In this document: in pieces, positions 1 to 10,176 of the stretch
Layout: each line of letters opens with the position of its first letter
How positions within the stretch are numbered: position 1 is the first letter of the stretch
Source of the DNA: Bacteroidales bacterium
GTDB lineage: Bacteria; Bacteroidota; Bacteroidia; Bacteroidales; VadinHA17
Assembly (NCBI GenBank): GCA_016715075.1
Contig: JADKBK010000042.1
Span: forward strand, 5,710-69,709
DNA: 64,000 nucleotides
Reading direction: 5' to 3'
The notes under the pieces: model-generated
Databases searched by the model: none
What the model was told of the DNA's origin: nothing
What the model saw: the letters and a program-made list of their open reading frames with translations, nothing else
Program-made: the position numbers and the translations under genes

Positions 1-194
1 GTTCCTGCTGAGTGAAAATTTACTTCTAAAAGAACAGATACCTAACCATGAAAAATCACACAATACTAGCAGAAAAGCATTAGAAATTGTTTGATATTTA
101 TTGTGAAATAATTAACAATAAAGCTGGTTTAATTAACAAATCATTAAGGTAATTCCTCTTAAATTTGATTTTAATAATCTTTAAATAATACAAT

Positions 195-755
195 ATGAAG
201 AACTTATCAATTCTACTTTGCTTCACATGTCTGATTTTTTTTGTTGCTCCTGTTCAGGCTCAGGATAACACTAAGAATAGTTCAATTGGGATTCAATTCA
301 ACCCTTACCTGGATTCATATTTTTTTGACGGGATATACACAAAATGGGTGTTTGCCATCAGATATGGATTTAATATTAATGACCACATATCGTTTGGACC
401 TGAGTTTTCAGGGTTTTATCTGGATCATACAATTACGAAATTTACTGATTTCAACTTTGGTGGCTTCGTGAGATATGCACTATTGCCAGCTTCCAGAATT
501 AAGCCATTTCTTGAGTTCAGCCCTTATTACAGTATTTATCATTATAAGATTGATCCCAGTCCAAATTGGGAAGGATTTGATAAAGAATCTACCTATTTTA
601 GTGGTTATCTGAGTCCGGGAATTTCTTTATACACAAAAAAACGTAAGTTCAGCTTGGATTTAATGTATAAATTCTCAATCACGAATAAACCAGAAGCACC
701 TTTTGCAAATAGCAATAAATCCGTATTTTCTTACAGATTAAATTTTAATTTTTAA
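195..755 (+). CDS. Hypothetical outer-membrane beta-barrel-like protein
   Basis: 186-aa ORF with signal peptide MKNLSILLCFTCLIFFVAPVQAQ. Aromatic-rich alternating strands and a C-terminal ...YRLNFNF ending in Phe, as in OM beta-barrels. Stop overlaps the next start (TAATG at 753-757). Confidence 0.5.
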   Translation: MKNLSILLCFTCLIFFVAPVQAQDNTKNSSIGIQFNPYLDSYFFDGIYTKWVFAIRYGFNINDHISFGPEFSGFYLDHTITKFTDFNFGGFVRYALLPASRIKPFLEFSPYYSIYHYKIDPSPNWEGFDKESTYFSGYLSPGISLYTKKRKFSLDLMYKFSITNKPEAPFANSNKSVFSYRLNFNF

Positions 756-1627
756 TGAGTCATTTGCTAAAAATCCTCGCTTTTATTATTTTTTTCTCTG
801 CTTCTCTGTCGTGTAAGAAGGTTATCGATATAGAGCTGCCTCAGCCAGATCCTAAAATAGTTGTAAACAGCTTTTTTACCGAGGATTCAAGGATAAAAGT
901 CCATTTATCAAAAACCATTGGAATACTGGAAAGTATACCTCCCGATATTACAGATGCGTCGGTTATGGTGAGGGAAAATGGCGTCATCATTGATACAATG
1001 TACCTGGAATCCGGATATTACTATTCACACATTCTGGCTGAAAGAAATAATAATTATTCCCTGGAGGTCATCGCTCCAGGTTTGGAAAGCATTTTTTGTG
1101 AGGATATAATTCCGGAGAAAACAGTGCTACAAAGCTATATATGTACTGATTCAGTTCTAATTGATGAGGATGGATTGACAATAAATGAACTTAAACTGGA
1201 TTTCCAGGATTTATCCGGGCCATCCTTTTATGAAGTAGAACTGGAAACACACGATGTTATCTATAACTATAACATGGGGGTCTGGTTTGAGAAAAACTCT
1301 GACCCTATAATAACATCAACTGGACTGCTTGATTATAATCCCCAGACTCTGGTTTTCACAGATAAAATGTTTGATGGAAAACATTGTTCAGTAAAAATTT
1401 ATTTTGCTACTGATCCGTGGTCAGATTATAACCTGAAGATCAGTTTCAGGTCAGTTTCAGAATCTTATTATAAATACAAAGAAAAGCAGTTTGCATATTT
1501 ATTCAGCCTTCATAATGATATTTTCTCCGGTATGAGTGAGCCAATAAATCTTTATTCGAATATTACAGGTGGATATGGAATCTTTGCAGGCTATTCATCA
1601 GATGAAAAAGTAATAATCGTACGGTAA
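755..1627 (+). CDS. DUF4249-like lipoprotein (partner of the TonB-dependent receptor)
   Basis: 290-aa ORF with lipoprotein signal ...FFSASLSCKK. C-terminal ...NITGGYGIFAGYSS motif as I remember it for DUF4249. Abuts the receptor gene (stop 1627, next start 1628). Confidence 0.55.
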   Translation: MSHLLKILAFIIFFSASLSCKKVIDIELPQPDPKIVVNSFFTEDSRIKVHLSKTIGILESIPPDITDASVMVRENGVIIDTMYLESGYYYSHILAERNNNYSLEVIAPGLESIFCEDIIPEKTVLQSYICTDSVLIDEDGLTINELKLDFQDLSGPSFYEVELETHDVIYNYNMGVWFEKNSDPIITSTGLLDYNPQTLVFTDKMFDGKHCSVKIYFATDPWSDYNLKISFRSVSESYYKYKEKQFAYLFSLHNDIFSGMSEPINLYSNITGGYGIFAGYSSDEKVIIVR

Positions 1628-3994
1628 ATGATTAAAAGGTTCATATTTTTCCTTTCTCTTCTGGCATTTTATACTAACGGGTATTCTCAGAAGATATCCA
1701 TTAATGGTTATGTCAGGGATTCAGCATCAGCTGAAGTAATTTCCGGCGCTACAATAGTTACATCAGACCATTTAAATTATGCGATATCAAATAGCTATGG
1801 TTATTATATCCTAACCCTGAATCCATCAGAAGATTCAGTTATAATTCAGGCTTCTTTTGTTGGATATTCTCCCTCATCCTTATTAGTTAAATCTAATCTG
1901 AGTCAAAAGCTTAATTTTGCCTTGAAAAGCAGGAATATACTTGACGAAGTAATTGTAAGCGCTGAAAAAGAAGTTACTTATGAAAGGAGAAAGGAAATGA
2001 GTGTCGTTTCTGTGCCCGTTTCAAAAGTTACTGCCATGCCTGCTCTCGGAGGTGAATCTGACATATTAAAATCACTGCAACTAATGCCCGGGATTCAGTC
2101 CGGGAATGAGGCATCCAGCGGCTTATATGTCCGTGGTGGAAGCCCCGATCAGAATCTGATGGTCATTGATGACGTTCCGGTGTATTATGTAAACCACCTG
2201 GGAGGGTTTGTTTCAACCTTTAATTCTGATGCAATTAACAGCATGAAGCTTGTTAAAGGCGGGTTCCCTGCTCATTACGGAAGCAGATTATCTTCTGTTG
2301 TGGATGTCAAAATGAAGGAAGGAAATATGAAAGAGTTCCACGGGAATGGAATGATTGGAATAATTTCCTCAAAGATTATGGTTGAAGGTCCAATTAAAAA
2401 AGACACTTCTTCATATATGCTTTCGGTTCGCAGATTCATGTACGATCTCATTACAAGACCATTAACCAGATTAACTTCAATTAATGGCACATCATTCGGA
2501 TACAACTTTTATGACCTGAATGCGAAAATAAACCATATATTCTCACCAAAGGACAGGCTCTATTTAAGTTTTTATTCCGGCGGGGATAAGATATTAACTA
2601 AGCAAAAAATTCATGGCGACTTAAATAAACAGATTCTTGAATGGGGTAATATTCTTGGATCATTCCGGTGGAATCATCTTTATGGAAACAAGCTCTTTTC
2701 CAATCTTACTATTTATTCAACCAGGTACCGTCTTGCTAATGATTTTTCAAGCACATATACCATCAACGATGTAAAGAGAGAGGTATCAGCCAGTTACTGG
2801 TCTGGGATTGTTGACCTGTCATTAAAGGCTGATTTCGATTATTATTTTAATCAGAATTACAAGGTGAAATTTGGAGGTGCTTCCATTTATCATCATTTCA
2901 ATCCTAATACAACATCATACAAATCTTTCGAAAACAACGCTGTAATTGACACCAGTTTTGGGAGTAAAAAGCAGAATGGTATGGAGAATGCGATATATCT
3001 TGAAAATGAGATTTCAATCGGTACCAGGTTATTTACAAATTTCGGTTTTAGAGTCACTAATTATCAGATATCAAACCAGAATTATAATTCATTTGAACCA
3101 CGTTTTCTTGCAACCTACATGGTAAGTAAAAACACTCTGCTAAAAGCTTCTTATTCTTTAATGAATCAGTATATTCATTTACTTACAGGCTCAGGTCCGA
3201 ATATGCAGAATGATATCTGGGTTCCTGTAACTGATACAATTTCGCCTTCCCTATCAAAACAATATGCAATTGGGGCTGAAAGAACTTTCAGGAACGGAAT
3301 GTATGAGGTAAGCCTTGAAGCCTATTATAAAACCATGAATAATCTTATCACCTACAAAGATGGAGTTGCAACACTTCCATCCGGATCCGACTGGCAAACC
3401 CAGGTCGCAACAAATGGTAAGGGCAAGTCTTACGGTCTGGAATGTCTTCTTCAAAAAACAAGAGGTTCTGTAACAGGCTGGGTAGCATATACCTATTCTA
3501 AATCGACGCGTAAGTTTGAGAATAAAAATAATGGGAATTCATATCCTTTCAAGTATGACAGGACACATGATATTAGCATTGTCTATCTTCAGAAAATAAA
3601 AAGTAATATTCAGTTTTCAGCTACATGGGTTTATGGAACAGGCAATCCATATACTCTTGCGGACGCTAAATATAAAATGATTCCTGGTGTAAATACTGAT
3701 TTAAATACGTATGTTAACTTTGGACAGGTATATAATGATCTTAACTCATACAGGATGCGATCTTATCATAAACTTGATATCGGGATTAATTTTAATAAAA
3801 CAAAGAAATGGGGTGAAAGAACCTGGAGCATAAATATCTACAACCTTTACAACCGTCAGAATCCTTACTACTATTATCTTGATACAACTTATAAATTTGA
3901 TCAGCATGGTGTAGCAATCCCAGCAAAAACAGTATTAAAACAGCAAAGCTATTTTCCTATTATTCCTTCAATTAGTTATAGTTTAAAATTCTAA
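1628..3994 (+). CDS. TonB-dependent receptor with N-terminal carboxypeptidase-regulatory-like domain
   Basis: 788 aa with a signal peptide. CarbopepD_reg-like ISINGYVRDSASAEVISGATI and plug region DILKSLQLMPGIQSGNEASSGLYVRGGSPDQNLMVIDDVPVY. Long beta-barrel ending ...ISYSLKF. Confidence 0.85.
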   Translation: MIKRFIFFLSLLAFYTNGYSQKISINGYVRDSASAEVISGATIVTSDHLNYAISNSYGYYILTLNPSEDSVIIQASFVGYSPSSLLVKSNLSQKLNFALKSRNILDEVIVSAEKEVTYERRKEMSVVSVPVSKVTAMPALGGESDILKSLQLMPGIQSGNEASSGLYVRGGSPDQNLMVIDDVPVYYVNHLGGFVSTFNSDAINSMKLVKGGFPAHYGSRLSSVVDVKMKEGNMKEFHGNGMIGIISSKIMVEGPIKKDTSSYMLSVRRFMYDLITRPLTRLTSINGTSFGYNFYDLNAKINHIFSPKDRLYLSFYSGGDKILTKQKIHGDLNKQILEWGNILGSFRWNHLYGNKLFSNLTIYSTRYRLANDFSSTYTINDVKREVSASYWSGIVDLSLKADFDYYFNQNYKVKFGGASIYHHFNPNTTSYKSFENNAVIDTSFGSKKQNGMENAIYLENEISIGTRLFTNFGFRVTNYQISNQNYNSFEPRFLATYMVSKNTLLKASYSLMNQYIHLLTGSGPNMQNDIWVPVTDTISPSLSKQYAIGAERTFRNGMYEVSLEAYYKTMNNLITYKDGVATLPSGSDWQTQVATNGKGKSYGLECLLQKTRGSVTGWVAYTYSKSTRKFENKNNGNSYPFKYDRTHDISIVYLQKIKSNIQFSATWVYGTGNPYTLADAKYKMIPGVNTDLNTYVNFGQVYNDLNSYRMRSYHKLDIGINFNKTKKWGERTWSINIYNLYNRQNPYYYYLDTTYKFDQHGVAIPAKTVLKQQSYFPIIPSISYSLKF

Positions 3995-4267
3995 ATACAA
4001 ATTTGACTAATAATAAATAACTATGTGAAACAGGCGGTATATGTAATCGCCTTCCCGCTTCGCCTACTTTCACAAGATAAATTCCCTATATCATGACAAC
4101 TCCTGCAGCTTGACAACAAATTGAAGACCCGGAATCAAAAAGCCGGTTTTTTTGTTTATCAACAGTCGTAGTTCAGATTATTATATTGGATTGAACTACA
4201 TGAAAATTTAATGAAATATACAAAATAAGAAAGGAGCTAAATTTCTCTAACTCCTTAATCTTCTTTG

Positions 4268-4341
4268 TGATTCCGGTGCGACTCGAACGCACGACCCACA
4301 GCTTAGAAGGCTGTTGCTCTATCCAACTGAGCTACGGAACC
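4268..4341 (-). tRNA. tRNA-Arg (anticodon UCU)
   Basis: The minus strand reads GGTTCCGTAGCTCAGTTGGATAGAGCAACAGCCTTCTAAGCTGTGGGTCGTGCGTTCGAGTCGCACCGGAATCA (74 nt). Acceptor stem 7 bp, D stem GCTC/GAGC, anticodon stem ACAGC/GCTGT with loop CTTCTAA, T stem GTGCG/CGCAC with loop TTCGAGT. No encoded CCA. Confidence 0.85.
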
Positions 4342-4365
4342 AAAATATTACTTTAAAACTCTTCC

Positions 4366-4411
4366 CTGTTGCTCTATCCTCCCGATTGCTATCGGGATGA
4401 GCTACGGAACC
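4366..4411 (-). other. Partial duplicate of the tRNA-Arg 5' half, with the D-loop replaced by a perfect hairpin
   Basis: Plus-strand ctgttgctctatcc (4366-4379) and tgagctacggaacc (4398-4411) are identical to the tRNA gene. Between them, tcccgattgctatcggga (7-bp stem, 4-nt loop) replaces the D-loop. No anticodon loop or T arm follows. Confidence 0.6.
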
Positions 4412-4538
4412 AAATCAGCCGCAAAATTACATTTTTTTTCTATTCCTGCAACCTCAATTTCAAAATGTGTAGAGAAAGATGGATTAAGCCATTTTAACAC
4501 GTAGGACTCTAAGGTTGCTCAAAGGACACAAAGGATCT

Positions 4539-6312
4539 TCAAAGTGCTCTCATATAGTTGACAAGGCCTTTCATATCGATAATCTGCTTCAGCTTTTCAG
4601 GCAGCGGTTCAAAGGTAAATTTTGCAGTTCCAATAGTTATTACGGCATTATTAAAATCAATATCTGCCACATCACCCGGTTTGTACGCTTCAACAGCCTC
4701 TCTGTGAACGATAAGTGCAAGGCCCTGGTTAATTGACGAGCGATAGAAGATCCTGTTTACCGATTTAACAATTATAGCTTTTATCCCGATATAGGCAAGT
4801 CCTACAGAAGGATGTTCCCTGGAGCTGCCGCATCCGAAATTCTCACCGGCAATAATTATATCGCCTTTACCTGCATTCTTGCTGAATCCGGGATCAAAAT
4901 CTTCAAACAGCAGTGGAATAATAGCTGCCGGGTCAGAACTGAGAACATTATATGTATGTTTTCCGGCAAACATCTGATCGGTATTGAGATTATCCACATC
5001 CGAATAATTCCAGACATTCCCCCGTTTCCTGTTTTCACCCTGCTTAATCTCAGATGTTTTACTCTGAACTGCAGTGAAAGGAAAGATCTCATCCCCATGA
5101 CTATTTTCCGGGTGGGTAATCTTACCCGACAGGGCAGAAATTGCCACAGTTGCAGGTGATGCCAGATATATCTGAGCAGCTTTATTTCCCATTCTACCGG
5201 GGAAATTGCGATTGGCAGTCGATATTACGGTATGTCCGTTTGCAGGGATACCCTGACCGGTACCCAGGCAGGGCCCGCAGGAAGGAGTAAGTACGTTTGC
5301 TCCCGCCTTAATAAAATCTGCGATTATCCCCTCCTCCATCGCCTGAAGATAAATTTTTGCTGAAGCAGGAATGATATTAAGCTGAAAATATTCCTTTATA
5401 GTTTTTCCTTTTAATATAGCTGCAGCAATTCTCAAATCCTCTATCCTGCCGTTTGTACATGTTCCAATCAGACCTTCCTGAACTACCGTTCCTTCAACAT
5501 CTGCCACTGATTTTACATTATCCACATTATGCGGAGCTGATACAACCGGAAATATTTCATTCAGATCAATATTTATCTCCCTGAAATATGTGGCACCTTC
5601 ATCGGCCCATACTCCTGCAACAGGCTCGTTATAGAACCACGAAAGGATATCATCTGCGGGAAATACAGCATTTTTTGCACCCATTTCAGAAGCAAGATTT
5701 GCCAGTGTCATACGGTCTGAAATATCGAGAGATTGAAGTCCGTCACCATGATATTCCACCGACATATAATTTGCGCCATCTGATCCCAGCATTCCAATTA
5801 TCCATAAAGCAAGATCCTTGGCGCTTACATTTGCCCTTAATCGTCCGGAAAGGTTTATTTTTATTGATTCAGGCACTCTGAACCATGTCTCTCCTCTCTT
5901 CCATATTCCTGCGGATTCCGTACGATCAATGCCGGCCGCCAGAGCATTGAATGCTCCGGCAGTGGATGTATGACTGTCACTCCCCACAATCAGCATTCCG
6001 GGTCTGGCATGGTATGACATTACCTGGTGACAGATCCCTTTCCCTGCGTCATAAAACTTTTTTATTCCGTGACGTACAACAATATTCCTGATATCCTGGT
6101 ACTGTGTTGCAAGCTTTGCATCGGCCGGGGTGCATTATGATCAAGGACAACAAGCATCTGATCAGCATCCGCAACCTCCTTCCTCCCATTTTCTGAAAAG
6201 TCTGGTAGATACTGGAGGTATTGTCGTGTGTCAGAATAATATCAGGTTGTGCAAAGACAATGGCGCCAGCAGGTGCATTAAATATTTTTTCGGCAAAGGT
6301 CAGCGGTTTCAT
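4539..6312 (-). pseudogene. Aconitase / 3-isopropylmalate dehydratase family protein, fused large and swivel (small) domains, with two frameshifts near the 5' end
   Basis: The 493-aa ORF has SDSHT, Fe-S ligand regions GTCTNGR and SCGPCLG, and the LeuD-type motif GENFGCGSSREHP. The N-terminus is in the 87-aa ORF 6049-6312 (MKPLTFAEKIF...DIILTHDNTSS). The connecting sequence KEVADADQMLVVLDHNAP, then PPADAKLATQYQDIRNIVVRHGIKKFYDAGKGICHQV, reads in the other two frames. Shifts are near 6180 and at the G4 run 6127-6130. Confidence 0.75.
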
Positions 6313-6355
6313 GTGTGGGATGGTTTTAGGGTTTTACGGCATCTGAATTTTCAGT

Positions 6356-8066
6356 TTACTTTCCAAGTAAGCCTCCGCGCCGGTAGACTTTCAGCTGAAC
6401 ATCAGAAAAGGGTAATGTCTTATATACTTCACTATTATTCAGATTCACAATTTCACCCGTTTTAAGATTTAGCCTTATCTGGTCGCCGTCGGCGATATTC
6501 ATCTCATTGAGGGCAGGGGCAGAAATTACGGGAAAAGCGGCGTTTATTGCATTTCTTTCGTATATAACACCGAATGACTCCGCTATAACTGCCTGTATAC
6601 CAAGTGAAACAAAACAATCCACAGCTTGTTGCCTGGAGCTTCCGCAGCCAAAATTCTTGCCGGCAATAACTATATCTCCCTTTCCTGCTTTTTTTGAAAA
6701 GTCCTCGAATCCCTTCAGATTGTCAAAAGTATACTGGCCCATCTCCCTGATATCTGTAATTGCAAGGTACCTGTTATGAAAGATCATATCTGTATCGATG
6801 TTGTCCTTACTGATTATCCAGACTCGTCCTTCAAGTATCTCTTCCCTTGTTTCGGGAGTACTCTGACCCTGAGCTTGCTTTTCACTCTTTTCTCCTTTTT
6901 TAATAACTGAAAACAGGGCTGGTGAATCGGGGATATTGTCAGGCGTGGTTATGAAGCCTGCAACTGCAGATGCAGCAACTACCGCCGGAGATGCAAGGTA
7001 TACGCTGCCCTTACCCTGCTTGCCGGGGAAATTTCTGTTTCCCGTGCTTATTGTTATCTCACCTGCTCCGTTCTGTCCAACCTGTCCGGCAGCACAGCCG
7101 GCACAGCCGGCATTTGATACGAGTGCACCTGCATCCTTGAATATGGTGATTAATCCTTCGTCGAGGCATTGTTTCCAAATAGAATCGGTTGAGGGAACTA
7201 TTTTAAGAACAACAGCCGGAGCTACCTTCCTTCCTCTCAGTATTTCTGCCGCACTGTACATGTCGCTCATTCTTCCGTTGGTGCAGCTGCCTATAAAAGC
7301 CGAGTCGATTTTAGTTCCGGTAACATCAGTGATATCAACAGTATCGTGGGGTTCTCCCGGCCTTGCCACCATAGGTCTGAATCTGGTGACGTCAATACGG
7401 AAGGTTTTAAGATATTCTGCATCCTTGTCAGCAAAGAGTGGTTTAAGCTCTTTACCGGTTATTTTGGAACAATAATCAATTATTTCAGCAGATGGTGCAA
7501 ACAGGATTATAATAGCGCCCATTTCTGTTGCCATTGATGAAACAGTGATCCTGTCATCGAGGCTCATTCTTTCGGCAGCTGGTCCTTCCATTTCGATTGA
7601 ATAACCCAGCAACGAATTGGCGCCAAATATCTTAAGAAGGTTAAGTACAATATCTTTTGAAGTTACATTTTCCGGTACCGACCCTTCCAATATAATTTTC
7701 ACCGAATGAGGTACCTTGAACCATACTTTTCCTTCATGCCATGCGGCAGATATATCCATATCGCCCATTCCCTGACCGAAGGCGCCGATTGCACCAAGGA
7801 TATTTGCATGAGAATCTCAAACGGCATAAATGTTGATTTACAGCATATTTCTGATCAGAACCGGTTGGGTTGCAGTCAAAAGTAAAAAGTGTTTTTACAG
7901 GATTTTCAACATTTAACCCGAAATCCCTGAGATTCTTTACAACATTTGCACCGCCAAAGTCGCGTGCAACTCTGGCATCAATTTCAACATCAACAATTTC
8001 ATCCGGATGAACGACCTCATAATTCGAATGTGAAGCAAGTATTTTCTCAAGCAATGTCATTGCCAT
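6356..8066 (-). pseudogene. Second aconitase / isopropylmalate dehydratase family paralog (fused large and swivel domains), with an internal deletion plus frameshift
   Basis: The 470-aa ORF has GSCTNGR, GCAGCAAG and GKNFGCGSSRQQA. The N-terminal 110-aa ORF (7734-8066) runs correctly to ...AVNQHLCR, then jumps directly into DSHANILGAIGAFGQGMG in another frame. The roughly 33 residues that in paralog 1 carry the GKGICHQ...PG segment are absent. Confidence 0.7.
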
Positions 8067-8117
8067 ATATTTATGATTTTAAGTGTAAATATATAATTCT
8101 GTGAGCAATTCACGCAC

Positions 8118-8966
8118 TTATTTAAACTGGGCTCTGTAATCTCTCGGGGAGATGCCTTCAGTTTTTCTGAATTGCTTATTGAAATTGGAGATGCTGGCAA
8201 AGCCGCATTCAGATGCAATATCCTGAACCTGGTATTCCGTTTCCCTTAAAAGGTAGCAGGCTTTGTTAGTTCTTACCCTGTTCAGGTATTCAACGAACCC
8301 TGCTCCGCAGTTTTTCTTGAAGTATCTGCTGAAGGAAAACGGGCTCATCTTTGCAATTTTTGCTATTTTTTCCAGAGATATCTGCTTAAAATAGTTTTCC
8401 CTTATGTAAGTATAAACATCCGTCATCCGTTTATTGCCTCTTTCATCGAAAGCAAGCTTGTAATTTTCTGAACAGATATATCCTTTTCTTTCGGAATTTG
8501 ATAAAATTCTGACAGTATGAAAGAAATCAATCATCTTATCAATTCCTTTATTCATTACCATTTGTTCGAGGTGAACGGCGGCCATCTTTGCATCTTCCAC
8601 TGAATACACTATACCTCTTTCAGCCTCATTGAGAAGGTCTTTAAGGCTATGCATTTCATGTTGTGACAAAAGCGATTCCCCTATTGAATCAGGTTTAAAA
8701 TGGACAATTATCCCATGTTTTTCAGGCAGGTTACTCTCTGTTTTGTAATAATTCCAGCAATGCGGAATATTCCCGGCTATCAAGACCATATCATAACGGT
8801 CAAAGAGTTCCACGCTATCCCCAATTATCCTTGTGCCATTGCATTTTATATTCAATACCCGCTCAAATTCAGGATGAAAGTGCCAGAATCCTCCCGAGTC
8901 GGTGATATATGATGCCCTGAATCCGCCTCCGTCGTCGTATAATATTTTTTCAAGTTCTGCAACCAT
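8118..8966 (-). CDS. AraC family transcriptional regulator (cupin-like N-domain plus HTH)
   Basis: C-terminal AraC HTH: ISLEKIAKIAKMSPFSFSRYFKKNCGAGFVEYLNRVRTNKACYLLRETEYQVQDIASECGFASISNFNKQFRKTEGISPRDYR. I prefer the ATG at 8966 (MVAELEKILYDD...) over the upstream start at 9068. Confidence 0.8.
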   Translation of the reverse strand: MVAELEKILYDDGGGFRASYITDSGGFWHFHPEFERVLNIKCNGTRIIGDSVELFDRYDMVLIAGNIPHCWNYYKTESNLPEKHGIIVHFKPDSIGESLLSQHEMHSLKDLLNEAERGIVYSVEDAKMAAVHLEQMVMNKGIDKMIDFFHTVRILSNSERKGYICSENYKLAFDERGNKRMTDVYTYIRENYFKQISLEKIAKIAKMSPFSFSRYFKKNCGAGFVEYLNRVRTNKACYLLRETEYQVQDIASECGFASISNFNKQFRKTEGISPRDYRAQFK

Positions 8967-9444
8967 GGTATTATCAGTATTTTGTGACCTGATTCTACCA
9001 AAATTAAGTAAAATTTTATCATTTATAACACAGGTATATGATAAATATTTTAGATAAATATTTGACAAACCAATATTTATTTTATACTTTTGTTACCAAG
9101 CTCATGCTATTGGTATTAAGAGGAGTTGAGCAAGGGTTGTGAGTGAAAATCAACAGGATTGTATTGCAGACATTGACTTTCACATCAGGAGCCTTCAGGA
9201 CTAGCGCCAGCTTTCCTTGGTTCCATCCTTTTATCAGACAGTAGACACGGGAATTATCTAATAATAAAGCCCGCTCTCTGATTTTCACAACCACCCTTTC
9301 TCCTCTTTTTTTTTGTCCGTATGTCAACTTAAACCCTTGGATTTTTATATTAAGGGCAGCAAAAATGGCACAATTAATAATTTTCTTTGTTTTTTTGGGG
9401 GGAATTGGGGATTCCTAAACGTATTTTAAGCCTGTATAGAGTAT

Positions 9445-10176
9445 ATGAAGACCTATATCAGCAGACGAGAGAAGAATAACAGACTGATTGTTGTATATGG
9501 AGGATGGGGTACTGATGAAAATGTTTTCATTCCCCTTTGCAATGATGATTTTGATTTCATACTTTTTTACAATTATTCTGCCGATGAGGCTTTCGTCCTG
9601 CCGGAAATCAAAACATATGAGAAGATAACGCTTATTGGATGGTCAATGGGCGTATGGGCCGCTGAATATCTATCACTCAAGACAGGTATTAAACCCGATG
9701 TGACAATTGCCGTAAATGGTACGCCGATTCCTGCTGACGACCATTATGGCATACCTCTTAATATACTCGAATCTACCCTGAACAATATAAGCGAGGAAAA
9801 TATGGAGAACTTTTATATCCGGATGTTCGGGGACAAAAGAACCTATAAAACAAATATCGACAGGGTACCTGTGAGAACGGTCAAATCACTTCATGATGAA
9901 CTGCGATGGTTATATAACAGGATAATGGAACAGAAAGAACCTGGCTTCAGATGGGATTATGCCGTTATAAGTTCAAACGACAAGGTATTTCCGACCGGGA
10001 ATCTCATCGGCTATTGGACGAAGGAAAAGGAGACAATGAAGATTGTTGTAAATCTTTCTCACTACTTATTTCATAAATGGAAATCATGGTCAGATTTCAT
10101 AAGTTTTGTTGAGAACTATGAAGTACAACCTTTAAAAATAAAGAAAAGTGCAGGCCATAAGATCAAAGATCTTTAA
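9445..10176 (+). CDS. DUF452 / BioG-like alpha/beta hydrolase (pimeloyl-ACP methyl ester esterase family)
   Basis: 243 aa. N-terminus RLIVVYGGWGTDENVF and nucleophile elbow LIGWSMGVWAA, as I remember them for DUF452/BioG proteins. Confidence 0.5.
   Translation: MKTYISRREKNNRLIVVYGGWGTDENVFIPLCNDDFDFILFYNYSADEAFVLPEIKTYEKITLIGWSMGVWAAEYLSLKTGIKPDVTIAVNGTPIPADDHYGIPLNILESTLNNISEENMENFYIRMFGDKRTYKTNIDRVPVRTVKSLHDELRWLYNRIMEQKEPGFRWDYAVISSNDKVFPTGNLIGYWTKEKETMKIVVNLSHYLFHKWKSWSDFISFVENYEVQPLKIKKSAGHKIKDL

Noticed and set aside
4366-4411. A second functional tRNA gene next to tRNA-Arg.
   Set aside because: Only the acceptor 5' strand, D stem and part of the anticodon stem are present. There is no anticodon loop, T arm or acceptor 3' strand.
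3995-4540. Integrated mobile element or genomic island at the tRNA.
   Set aside because: No integrase, transposase, excisionase or direct repeat of the tRNA 3' end is visible on either side within the window. The flanking genes are ordinary chromosomal functions.
6936-7475. Long antisense ORFs inside large genes, for example 6936-7475, 16275-16784, 21820-22302, 29214-29609 and 53664-54062.
   Set aside because: Each is fully embedded opposite a gene with strong family motifs, and all have Ser/Pro/Leu/Ile-rich low-complexity composition typical of shadow ORFs.
9082-9327. 81-aa minus-strand ORF in the AraC/BioG-like intergenic region.
   Set aside because: No motif, signal peptide or partner gene supports it, and it ends only 13 nt before the annotated TTG start of the AraC ORF. 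I cannot distinguish it from a chance ORF, so I left it uncalled.
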